The position numbers were made by a program, and so were the translations under genes. Under the pieces are notes generated by a model that was not told where the DNA came from, searched no databases, and was given only the letters and a program-made list of their open reading frames with translations. From positions 179,529 to 243,528 of the forward strand of contig JAVJSW010000042.1 of assembly GCA_040219255.1 (NCBI GenBank): a stretch of DNA of 64,000 bases, written 5' to 3'. How positions within the stretch are numbered: position 1 is the first letter of the stretch; each line of letters begins with the position of its first letter. The stretch comes from Sumerlaeia bacterium. Lineage in GTDB: Bacteria > Sumerlaeota > Sumerlaeia > SLMS01 > JAHLLQ01. Shown here one piece after another: positions 50,733-59,635 of this stretch.

Positions 50733-51649
50733 TGCCGCCCACACCGCCGCGTCTGCCGCAAATCGCCCTGATCTATGGAAACGACGAGGCCGCCGTCGCC
50801 CGCGAGCGCTATGGCCTGGAACGCGCGCACCTGCCCCACGGCGAGGAAAGCGGCGACGTGGTGGACATCCGGGGCGCCGGCACGCAGCGGCTGGAATTAA
50901 AGAAGTGCGTGCAGGAAATCATCGGCGAATTGGGCACCGTTTCCATGCTGGGCGACGCCAAGCGGGTCGTCACGGTGCATGACCTGGCCGATTTCCGCAC
51001 GGCCCAGAAGAGCAAACGCGCCAGCAAATCGACCAAGACCGACGAGTTCGATCTGTTGGGCAACTACCTGCGCGATGTACTACCGACGACAGACAACGCG
51101 ATCATTTTCGTGGTGAACGAGAACGATGAGAAGAGGGATCGCTCGCTGGAGAAATCGAGCCGCATGTACGACCTCGTCAGCCGTCTCGGCCAAGTCATCG
51201 AGCGGCGCGTCAAGCGGCTGGATTATCAGTTGGAGGAGGCGCTCTTCAAGCGGGACCTGGTCAAGAGCCTCCATCTGCTGCGCGAGTGGTTCGATCGCTC
51301 CGGCAGCAGTTCGGGACGCATCGTGGGCTTTTTCAACACGTTCATCCAATTGCTTCTGCAAGCGCGTTTGCAACTGGAAGCGCAGCAGGCAGGCCTGGAC
51401 GCGAGAAACCTGTTCGCGAGCGATATGCGGCCCTCGATCAAGAGCGTTCCCAGCTTCAAGTACGATGCTCTCAGAGGGTTCGCCTCTCAGACGTCCATGG
51501 AGCAACTGCGCCGAGCCCTGGAACTGGCGCACGAAACGCAGCGGCACGCCTTTCCCAGCGGCGCTATGCCGGTCGTTCAGGACCCGCAGGATTTGCTCGA
51601 GCAACTGATCGTCGAACTGCTGGCGCCCGCGCAAGCGATGGCGCGTTAG
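50732..51649 (+). CDS. holA: DNA polymerase III delta subunit-like protein
   Basis: LIYGNDE, TVSMLGDAKRVV and a C-terminal helical collar ending LLEQLIVEL; divergent and short. Confidence 0.6.
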   Translation: MPPTPPRLPQIALIYGNDEAAVARERYGLERAHLPHGEESGDVVDIRGAGTQRLELKKCVQEIIGELGTVSMLGDAKRVVTVHDLADFRTAQKSKRASKSTKTDEFDLLGNYLRDVLPTTDNAIIFVVNENDEKRDRSLEKSSRMYDLVSRLGQVIERRVKRLDYQLEEALFKRDLVKSLHLLREWFDRSGSSSGRIVGFFNTFIQLLLQARLQLEAQQAGLDARNLFASDMRPSIKSVPSFKYDALRGFASQTSMEQLRRALELAHETQRHAFPSGAMPVVQDPQDLLEQLIVELLAPAQAMAR

Positions 51650-51664
51650 GCTTTTCTCAGCAAG

Positions 51665-52477
51665 ATGAAAAAACGGCTGGATGAACTGCTGCTGGAGCGC
51701 GGCTATTTCGAGTCTCTGGCAAAAGCCCAAGGCGCCATCATGGCAGGGATTGTGATGGATCGGAACGGCTATCGGCTTGAAAAAGCCGGGCTGCGGGTGG
51801 CGGAGGACATCGTGCTCGACGTTCGGCTCAGGGACGGCCGCTACGCGAGCCGGGGCGGGTTAAAGCTGGAACGCGCTCTGGCGGAATTCCGGGTGGAGTT
51901 GACGGGGAAGACGGTTCTGGACGTCGGTTCCTCGACCGGCGGGTTTACGGACTGCGCGCTGCGGCATGGGGCCGCGCGGGTCATCGCCGTGGATTCGGGA
52001 ACCAATCAATTGGTCTGGCGCCTGCGCAACGACCCGCGGGTCAAGGTGTTGGAGCAGACGAACTTTCGTCACATGATCGCGGCGGACCTCGGCGGTTTGA
52101 TCCCGACGGTCGCCTTGATCGATGTCTCGTTCATTTCGCTGGCGCTGATTTTCCCGAACTTATGGGCTTTGCTGCCGGAGGGCGCGCATGTCGTCGCCTT
52201 GGTGAAGCCTCAGTTCGAGGCCCCCATTTCGGAAATCGAAGCGGGGGGTCTGGTCACGAATCGGGAGGTGTGGCGGCGGGTGCTGGAGAAGGCGACGCGC
52301 GCTGCGGCGGAATCGGGTTTTCGGCCGCTTGGGCTGATTCGCTCGCCGATCGAGGGAATGACGGGCAACCGCGAATTCCTGCTTCATGCTTCACGTGAAA
52401 CATCGCGAAACGCGACCGAGGTTGAGGCTGGGGCAGTGGAACTTTCGAATCAAATCGCCGCTGTCTGCGGCCCGTAA
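51665..52477 (+). CDS. tlyA: TlyA-family rRNA 2'-O-methyltransferase
   Basis: S4 domain KKRLDELL; YASRGGLKL, DVGSSTGGFTD, DVSFISL, LVKPQFE, SPIEG..GNREFL. Confidence 0.95.
   Translation: MKKRLDELLLERGYFESLAKAQGAIMAGIVMDRNGYRLEKAGLRVAEDIVLDVRLRDGRYASRGGLKLERALAEFRVELTGKTVLDVGSSTGGFTDCALRHGAARVIAVDSGTNQLVWRLRNDPRVKVLEQTNFRHMIAADLGGLIPTVALIDVSFISLALIFPNLWALLPEGAHVVALVKPQFEAPISEIEAGGLVTNREVWRRVLEKATRAAAESGFRPLGLIRSPIEGMTGNREFLLHASRETSRNATEVEAGAVELSNQIAAVCGP
52387..52402. promoter_or_regulatory. Putative parS site
   Basis: TGCTTCACGTGAAACA, a 15/16 match to the ParB-binding palindrome TGTTTCACGTGAAACA. Confidence 0.6.
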
Positions 52478-52487
52478 GCCCCTGGCT

Positions 52488-53945
52488 TCACTCGCCCTGG
52501 CCCATCGAATAGCCCGGCTTGCCGTCGAAGTTGCAGAGGTGCTCGGTCTTGATGAAGTCGAGCCCGGCGTCGGATATGCGCTTGAGCAGATCGATGACGT
52601 CATCGTGGGTGATCGTATTGTTCGGCGTGGAAGCGCGGAAACGGCAACGCCAGTGGTCGGTGCAGAACGTTTCGGGGAAGCCCTTGGGCCAGACTTTGAC
52701 GCCGCGATTGGTGATGAGGACCAGGTGAAGCGCGTCAGTTTCGATGGCGCTCAGTTTCTCGCCCAGCACGTTCGGATCGATGCCGTCGTTGTCGAGGAAG
52801 ACATCCACCCCGACGAGGTCTTTGTGGGCCCGGGGGCGCGTCGTGTAGCCGAATTCGCGTTTGGCCGGCTGGGGGACTTTGACGTTGTAATCGACGGGCT
52901 TGAGGACACTGGGCATTTGGCCGAGGCGTTCGATGACGGCGGCGGCGAAGCCCTGCGTTCCGACCTTTTGCTTGCTGTTGCCTTCGCGGTAGATGTCCAC
53001 CGTGTGAACGCCGTCCTCAATGGTTTTGAGCCAGGCGTTATGGATGGTGGTGGCGTGTTCGGCCAGGCCAAGGTGCACCAGCATCATGACGGCACCGAGG
53101 AGATTGCCGCTGGGGTTGGCGATGTCCTGACCGGCGATGCCGGGGGCGCTGCCGTGGATGGCTTCGAACATGGAGCAACTGTCGCCAATGTTCGCCGAGC
53201 CACCAAGACCAACGCTGCCAGTAATCTGCGCGGCGATATCGCTCATGATGTCACCGTACAGGTTGGGCATCACGATGACATCGAACTGCTCGGGCGTGTC
53301 GGCGAGGCGGGCGGCGCCGATGTCGACGATCCAGCTCTCGCCCTGGAATTCCGGGAACTCCAGGTCGATTTCCTTGAAGACCTGATGAAAGAGCCCGTCG
53401 GTGATCTTCATGATGTTGTCTTTGACGAAGCAGGAGACCTTACGCCGGTTGTGTTCGCGGGCGTATTGAAAGGCGTATCGCACGATTTTTTCGCTGCCGG
53501 GGCGCGAGATCAGTTTCAGGCATTGGGTGACCTGATTGGTCTGGCGGTGCTCGATGCCGGCGTAAAGGTCCTCCTCGTTCTCGCGCACGATGACGAGGTC
53601 CATGACCGGGTGCTTGGTCTGGATGAAGGGATGATAGGACACGCAGGGCCGGACGTTGGCGTAAAGGCCGAGAGTCTTGCGGATGGTGACGTTGAGGCTC
53701 TTGTAGCCTCCGCCTTGCGGCGTCGTGATGGGGCCCTTGAGGAGAACTTTGTTGCGGCGCAGAACGTCCCAGGCTTCGGGTGCGATGCCGCTCGTGTCAC
53801 CGGACAGATAAACCTTCTCGCCGACCTCGATTTCCTCGTAGTCGAGCGGCACCTGGGCCGCGTCGAGGATGGCCAGAGTGGCCTGCATGATCTCCGGCCC
53901 GATGCCGTCGCCGCGGGCGATTGTCACGGTTTGCTTGTCGGTCAT
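52488..53945 (-). CDS. icd: NADP-dependent isocitrate dehydrogenase
   Basis: GDGIGPEI, KGPITTPQGGGYKSLNVTIRK, RENEEDLYAGIEH, KDNIMK, NLYGDI, FEAIHGSAP, TFCTDHWRCRF. Confidence 0.95.
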   Translation of the reverse strand: MTDKQTVTIARGDGIGPEIMQATLAILDAAQVPLDYEEIEVGEKVYLSGDTSGIAPEAWDVLRRNKVLLKGPITTPQGGGYKSLNVTIRKTLGLYANVRPCVSYHPFIQTKHPVMDLVIVRENEEDLYAGIEHRQTNQVTQCLKLISRPGSEKIVRYAFQYAREHNRRKVSCFVKDNIMKITDGLFHQVFKEIDLEFPEFQGESWIVDIGAARLADTPEQFDVIVMPNLYGDIMSDIAAQITGSVGLGGSANIGDSCSMFEAIHGSAPGIAGQDIANPSGNLLGAVMMLVHLGLAEHATTIHNAWLKTIEDGVHTVDIYREGNSKQKVGTQGFAAAVIERLGQMPSVLKPVDYNVKVPQPAKREFGYTTRPRAHKDLVGVDVFLDNDGIDPNVLGEKLSAIETDALHLVLITNRGVKVWPKGFPETFCTDHWRCRFRASTPNNTITHDDVIDLLKRISDAGLDFIKTEHLCNFDGKPGYSMGQGE

Positions 53946-54278
53946 GGAAGAGCGGTCTCAATTCTCTCGGCGGTGTGCGGGGGCTGTTGTGGGCCCATCT
54001 GTGAGGAACGTGCCGGAGCGGCGGGGGGCTCCTCAACCGTTTTTGGGGGCGTCGCGGGAGGGTTTTGGTTCACCACGGAGACGCGGAGGCACGAAGATGT
54101 GGTTGGCGGGAAACGGGAGAATTTGCCACAGATGACGCGGATGGACACAGATGTCATGCGGTCATCTTCTGAGTAAGGCCAGCGGCAATGCCTGACTCAC
54201 GTAAGAGAATCCTAAAGTCGATATAATCAGCCGCCCACGCCGAGCATCTCCCCCTCCGCGACCTCCGTATCCCAAACC

Positions 54279-55280
54279 CTAGACCCGCGTCACTTCGAGG
54301 ATCTGCTCCAGGATTTCGGCGCGTACCTTGGGGTCGTTGCCGCCGGGGGCGGTGCCGACGACGACGAGCCGGGGGATCTCGACGGCGCCTGCGGTTTCTT
54401 TGCCTTGCAGATTTCGGTAGGCGTGGATGGTATAACCCCGCTGCTCGAAAATCTGATGGCTCGGGCCTTCGTCCACTTGGGCGAAGCCGCTGTCTTCCAT
54501 CGCTTCGAGGAAGACTTGCCAGCGCTTTGAGTCCAGCGTCGCCGAGACCTTCGCTCGGGGTTCGGTCGGAAAGAAAAAGTAGACGGTGGCGTAAACGCCG
54601 GGCGCGATCAGGCGCATCGGCGCGCAGCCAAGGTGCTCACCGACAACTTGACCCTTCCAATCGACATTGACGGAGTTGCCTCGGGCGGAAACGCCAAGGG
54701 CACCGCAATATTCGTGGATCAGCGGCAGTGGTTCGCGGCCCGACATGGGTTCGACGCGGACGCCACCGTCGGCGGGCGTCATCAGGAGGAAGGCGGACTT
54801 TTCGCCCTCGGCGGGCAGGGGAATCTCCGAACTGTGCAGCATCGAGAGCCCGACGCTGCCGTAGCAGAGCGAGGAGAGGTAAGTGCCGTCGTAATCGACG
54901 GCGCCTTCGTAGTCTTCCTCGAAGAACGATTCGGCCGGGACGTCGCTGAGGCGAACCCACCACATCATGCCGTCGGGGCCGAAGCCAGCGGTTTGAGGGG
55001 GGCCATCGGGCAGGGGCGAATCGGCTTCCGCGATGGCATCCATAAAATCGGCCACCGCCTGCACCGGATCGCCCGGTTCGTCGCGATGGTTGCGGGCGTG
55101 ATCGCGCGCCATGGATTCGGCTTCGTGGCGTAGGAGTTTGTACCCCACCGGGCGGATGCGGGTGTGCATGCGGTGGATATCGACCACGACTTTGCGCCAA
55201 TGGTAAACGTCCCAAATCGTCAGGACGCCGTCCTTGGGAACGAAGATGAGGTTTTCCGTGCCGAAGTTTCCAAAACTCAT
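54279..55280 (-). CDS. Hypothetical protein
   Basis: Start overlaps the Nudix stop (ATGA); host-like codon usage; no motif recognised. Confidence 0.65.
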   Translation of the reverse strand: MSFGNFGTENLIFVPKDGVLTIWDVYHWRKVVVDIHRMHTRIRPVGYKLLRHEAESMARDHARNHRDEPGDPVQAVADFMDAIAEADSPLPDGPPQTAGFGPDGMMWWVRLSDVPAESFFEEDYEGAVDYDGTYLSSLCYGSVGLSMLHSSEIPLPAEGEKSAFLLMTPADGGVRVEPMSGREPLPLIHEYCGALGVSARGNSVNVDWKGQVVGEHLGCAPMRLIAPGVYATVYFFFPTEPRAKVSATLDSKRWQVFLEAMEDSGFAQVDEGPSHQIFEQRGYTIHAYRNLQGKETAGAVEIPRLVVVGTAPGGNDPKVRAEILEQILEVTRV

Positions 55281-55696
55281 CGGGCCAACTCCTCGACGAT
55301 GGGCCAATCGGCCTCGAGCCAATCGTAGTCTCGCAAATTTCGCGGCGCGATCCATTCGGCGCGGCCGCCTTCGAGGGAGCGGGGCTCGCCCGAGACGATG
55401 CGCGTGCGGAAAAAGAGCAGAATCACCGGCGGCAAATCGTCGTAGCGGTGACTCAGAATTTCGTAAGCCGCGCCGGCAACGGCGGTGATGCCGAGTTCTT
55501 CCTCGCATTCGCGGACGAGGGCCGCGCGCGGGTTTTCGCCGACAGCGACCTTGCCGCCGGGGAATTCCCATTTGCCCGCGCCCCATTTACCCGGGGGACG
55601 CTGCAGGCCAAGGATGGCGCCATCGTCTTCGCGGACGATGATAGCGGCGGCGACGACTTTGTGGCCGGTTTCCTTGGCTTTCGCGGACGGCTCCAT
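55277..55696 (-). CDS. Nudix hydrolase (MutT/NudG-like)
   Basis: WEFPGGKVAVGENPRAALVRECEEELG Nudix box. Confidence 0.9.
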   Translation of the reverse strand: MEPSAKAKETGHKVVAAAIIVREDDGAILGLQRPPGKWGAGKWEFPGGKVAVGENPRAALVRECEEELGITAVAGAAYEILSHRYDDLPPVILLFFRTRIVSGEPRSLEGGRAEWIAPRNLRDYDWLEADWPIVEELAR

Positions 55697-55705
55697 CGGC
55701 TGGGC

Positions 55706-57400
55706 TTACAGCTCCATCACGACCGGCAGAACAACCGGGAAGCGATTGAGATCTTTCTTGATCGAGCGCCGGATGGTGCGTTTGATTTCCTGCTGCAGTT
55801 CGCCGAAATCGGTGCGCCGATGAACCGGCATGGCCAGCACGGCGTCCAGCACCTGTTGCTTGAGGGCGTCCAACTGCTCGGCGCTTTCGTCCACATGGAC
55901 AAAGCCGCGGGTGATGATTTCCGGCCCGGAGAGGACATCGCCGGTCTCGCGGTCCATGCCCACGATGGCGACCACCATACCGTCCTGGCTGAGGAAATGG
56001 CGGTCGCGCAGAACCACCTCGTTCACATCGTCGATGCCCTTGCCGTCCACCAGGGTGCGGCCGTGGGGGATCTTGCCGATGACTTCGGCGCTCTCGCCGT
56101 CGAGTTCCAGGCAATCGCCGTTCTCGAGGACGAAAATCTCGTCGTCCTCGAAATGAAGTTCCCGCGCCAGCGCCGCGTGCGAGTGCAGGTGGCGGTATTC
56201 GCCGTGTACGGGAACCAGGTAGGCGGGGTCCGTCAGGTTGATCAGGTGCTTCATTTCATCGCGATAGGCGTGGCCGCTGACGTGAATGCGGGCCATGCTC
56301 TCCGTGATGACGTTCGCCCCCAGGCGCGACAGCCGATTCGCCATGCGGAAGATGGGCACTTCGTTGCCGGGAATGATACGCGCGCTCAGGACGATCGTAT
56401 CGCCTTGGGAAACGCTGATGTCGCGATGGGACGAGTTGGACATGCGCGACAGCGACGACATCGGCTCGCCCTGGCTGCCGGTGCACAGGATCAGCTTCTT
56501 GTGCGGCGCGATGCGGTTGGCGCGGCGGGGTTCGTCGCTGTAATCGCAGGGGATATCGATCAGCCCCAGCTCAGACGCGACGCGGATGTTGCGCTGCATG
56601 TTGAGACCGACGGAGACGACCTCGCGCCCGCATTCGGCGGCGAGGTTCAGAACCGTCTGGATGCGGTGGAGGCTCGACGCGAAGGTCGAAATAATCACGG
56701 TCCCTTCGGCTTCCCGCAGGATCCGGCGGATGCCCGGGATGACCTCGATTTCCGAGGGGCACGACCCGGTCCGGTCCGAGTTCGTCGAATCGCTCATCAG
56801 CAGCAAGACGCCATCGTCCTGCTCGGCGTATTTGGCGAAGGCGTAATGATCGAAAGCCACACCGTCCGGCGGGTTCGGATCGATCTTGAAATCGCCGCTG
56901 TGGATCACCGTGCCGACAGGAGTGCGGATGGCGAAGGCGAAGGCGTTGATCATCGAGTGAGTGACGGCGATCGGCTCGAGGGAGAAATTCTTCGTGATAT
57001 CGACCGGCACGCGGGCTTCCAGTTCATGGAAATCGGGGGCGAAGCCGTGCTCGCGGAATTTTTCCTTCAGCAGCGCAATGGTGAAGCGGCTGCCGTAAAC
57101 CGGAGGCATTTTGCCGAACTGGGGCAGGATATAGGGCAGGGCGCCGACGTGGTCCTCGTGGGCGTGCGTCAGCAGGATCGCCTTCAAGGCGCTGGGGCGT
57201 TCAAGCAGGTAGGTGATGTCGGGAATCACGTAATCGACGCCGAGCATTTCCTCGTCGGGCATCATCTGGCCGCAATCGACCATGATGATTTCACCGTCGA
57301 ATTCGAAGAGCATGCAGTTCATGCCGATTTCACCGAGCCCACCGAGCGGCATCACGCGCAGCGCGGAGGAGGTCGGTTTCAAGTCTGTCAGTAGGTTCAT
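55706..57400 (-). CDS. rnj: Ribonuclease J
   Basis: PLGGLGEIGMN, THAHEDHVGA, HSGDFK, SDSTN, TGSQGEP, HVSGH, PVHGE. Confidence 0.95.
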   Translation of the reverse strand: MNLLTDLKPTSSALRVMPLGGLGEIGMNCMLFEFDGEIIMVDCGQMMPDEEMLGVDYVIPDITYLLERPSALKAILLTHAHEDHVGALPYILPQFGKMPPVYGSRFTIALLKEKFREHGFAPDFHELEARVPVDITKNFSLEPIAVTHSMINAFAFAIRTPVGTVIHSGDFKIDPNPPDGVAFDHYAFAKYAEQDDGVLLLMSDSTNSDRTGSCPSEIEVIPGIRRILREAEGTVIISTFASSLHRIQTVLNLAAECGREVVSVGLNMQRNIRVASELGLIDIPCDYSDEPRRANRIAPHKKLILCTGSQGEPMSSLSRMSNSSHRDISVSQGDTIVLSARIIPGNEVPIFRMANRLSRLGANVITESMARIHVSGHAYRDEMKHLINLTDPAYLVPVHGEYRHLHSHAALARELHFEDDEIFVLENGDCLELDGESAEVIGKIPHGRTLVDGKGIDDVNEVVLRDRHFLSQDGMVVAIVGMDRETGDVLSGPEIITRGFVHVDESAEQLDALKQQVLDAVLAMPVHRRTDFGELQQEIKRTIRRSIKKDLNRFPVVLPVVMEL

Positions 57401-57714
57401 AAACTCTGTGTTTTCACTTATCGGGAAAGGAAACGGCCGGTCGCGAAGGCGAGGCCGCCTCGTGTTTTGAGAACCTTACGTGCAAAGTACCGGCTGTGCA
57501 AAGGGCATTCTTGGCCAGGCGGGTGAAAGTTGGGGGAAGGCGGCGCGGGTCCCGCCCTCTGGACACCCAGGCGAAAAATCCCGCCGAATTGTCATAGATT
57601 GAAATTCAACGAAAAAAAGTGACTGCTCGAGAGGATTTTCCTTGTGCCCCTCGGCCCATTCGACGACAAAATTTTATCGAAAATCAAATCCGATGCCTCT
57701 CAAGGAGAACCGCC

Positions 57715-58149
57715 ATGCGTTCCCTCATTTGCGCCTTCCTCTTCTTTTTCGTCGCCGTGGCGCCGGCGCTGCTCAACGGACAGACGTCATGTGTGATCCG
57801 CGGACGCGATTGCGTCGCCGGTTCCATTTGCTGGATGCCAAATCCGGAAGGATGCTATGACTTCGACCTTCTTCCGACAATGCCTGGCGGAAGAATTTGC
57901 CAGGGGGCTTGTCACAGTTGTACGGCGGGAGGGACCTACCGGAGTTGTATGCCAGTGAACGTCAATCTCAAATGCTTCCAGAACTATGGCGCCAACGCCT
58001 TGGCGTGCGGTGGTTTTCAGCAAACCCAGCCGTGTTCGACGACCACATCCTATTACCCGCCGGAGATTTTCTGTGCGGGTGGATGCGCGGGAACCGTGGT
58101 GACCACCACTTCCCCGTGTGGACAACGCGATTGCGCTCTGGTTCCTTAA
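57715..58149 (+). CDS. Small secreted cysteine-rich protein (15 Cys in mature region)
   Basis: AAGGAG RBS, ATG 57715; signal peptide MRSLICAFLFFFVAVAPALLNG; 144 aa. Confidence 0.75.
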   Translation: MRSLICAFLFFFVAVAPALLNGQTSCVIRGRDCVAGSICWMPNPEGCYDFDLLPTMPGGRICQGACHSCTAGGTYRSCMPVNVNLKCFQNYGANALACGGFQQTQPCSTTTSYYPPEIFCAGGCAGTVVTTTSPCGQRDCALVP

Positions 58150-58249
58150 CGAACCGAGATCGCGATCCCAAAAATAGACCACCACACGAGGGTACACGGG
58201 TTTCGCTACGGTGTCCGTAGCTTCGATCTTTCATTGGATTCGGCGAATC

Positions 58250-59635
58250 ATGCAAATCAGTCCGGTTTTCGGAAGTACGGCCTTTGCCACAATATTCCTC
58301 CTCGCCTCGCCACTGCTCGCAGCCGACTTTCAAATCCGAGAGGTCTTGAAGACCGTCTCCGCCGCGAACGATTCCGCGATCTGGTCATATCAGGGAGCGG
58401 CGAATGTGAGGACTTTCTGCCACGCGGAGTTTGTCGACCTAAAGGTTGTGGACGCTTACAGTCCTCCAAAGCTGCTAATCGAGAAGCAAGTTGAGTTTGT
58501 GGTGGAAAAGGAAGGAAGCCGCAACTACTTGTTCGACGTATACTATCAGAATAATTATGTCGACGGATCTTCCGACGCGGGACGCTTCAAGGAGAAGAAG
58601 TTTCGAGATGACTTGGAACGTCTTATTCTAACTCCTGAGTCCGAACCCGTCGAGGGCATCGTTCAATCCCAAAGACAGTCGGATATAGCAACCACTTGGT
58701 CCGATCCATTCGATCGGCGTGCCAGCGTCTTGATCCCCGGGAGCGCCTTTGCCGAAGGCTACCTGCGATTGCCGGTTTCCGACCTTCTTTCGTCCCCCGG
58801 GAACGCTTATGTGGAAGACGATTCCGCCATGGTCAACGGGCACGAAACCCTCTGTGTCGTGGCCCGCCATCCGCACGAAAACGTATTTATTCTCGTGTAT
58901 TTGTGGCTCGGCAAGGAATACAATTACTGTCTGTTGAAGCAGCGGACGGTGATGGTGCCAGACTACAGCCGCTTCGAAGTGGAACAGCGGCGCGAACTGA
59001 TGGACCAACACGGGGTCACCGATGAGTTCGAATCGTGGGGTCCGGCCTTCGAGAATGAGCCGCCACTGACCATGTGTATCTTGGACGATTATCACCAAGT
59101 CAATGGCCAGTGGATTCCCGGGCGCATCGTGGACTACGCCTTTGCCGATGCCAGCGAAGCCGTCCAAACAGATCAACGGTTCGACAACTTGAGAAGCTTC
59201 GACGATCATGTGAGAGGAATGAATCGCGAGGCGATTCTAGCCAATACCTATGTCACGGAAATCGACATCGCCACATTGAAAATCAACGAGCGAATTCCGC
59301 AGGACGTTTTCACCACAACGCTTTTCCCCGAAGGCGTTCCTGTCGTAAACGCCATTCTCAGGGTCACGTCGGAGGTTTCCGGCGAGACTTTCGCCGAGTC
59401 CATCGTCGATCAGTTGGAAGTGCAAAACCCAGTCATCGCGCAAGCCGCTTCCCTGCCGAGTCATCGGGTCCCCGTCCCGGGGGCGCAGCCAGGTCAATCC
59501 ACAGCCGACGAACTGGCCGCCTCCGACTCATCGTCCTCGCCGCAGAACGCACTCGGAGCCCGCAGCGCCATCGCGGCGTTGGCCGCCATTGCTCTCTTGG
59601 CTTTGATGGCCGTGCGCCGGTGGAGCAAGAAGTGA
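58250..59635 (+). CDS. Secreted protein, LolA/lipoprotein-sorting-like beta fold, with linker and C-terminal TM anchor
   Basis: Signal peptide; VNGHETLCVV...LWLGKEYNYCLLK...DYHQVNGQWIP...KINERIPQDVF; ends AIAALAAIALLALMAVRRWSKK. Confidence 0.7.
   Translation: MQISPVFGSTAFATIFLLASPLLAADFQIREVLKTVSAANDSAIWSYQGAANVRTFCHAEFVDLKVVDAYSPPKLLIEKQVEFVVEKEGSRNYLFDVYYQNNYVDGSSDAGRFKEKKFRDDLERLILTPESEPVEGIVQSQRQSDIATTWSDPFDRRASVLIPGSAFAEGYLRLPVSDLLSSPGNAYVEDDSAMVNGHETLCVVARHPHENVFILVYLWLGKEYNYCLLKQRTVMVPDYSRFEVEQRRELMDQHGVTDEFESWGPAFENEPPLTMCILDDYHQVNGQWIPGRIVDYAFADASEAVQTDQRFDNLRSFDDHVRGMNREAILANTYVTEIDIATLKINERIPQDVFTTTLFPEGVPVVNAILRVTSEVSGETFAESIVDQLEVQNPVIAQAASLPSHRVPVPGAQPGQSTADELAASDSSSSPQNALGARSAIAALAAIALLALMAVRRWSKK

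Noticed and set aside
51665-52477. TlyA as a hemolysin or virulence factor
   Set aside because: The sequence has the S4 plus FtsJ-type methyltransferase motifs and a housekeeping context; nothing supports a toxin role.
57898-57921. CQGACHSC in the Cys-rich protein as a heme-binding site
   Set aside because: Spacing is CX3CH, not canonical CXXCH, and it sits among many other Cys. Disulfides are the simpler reading, though atypical heme binding is not excluded.
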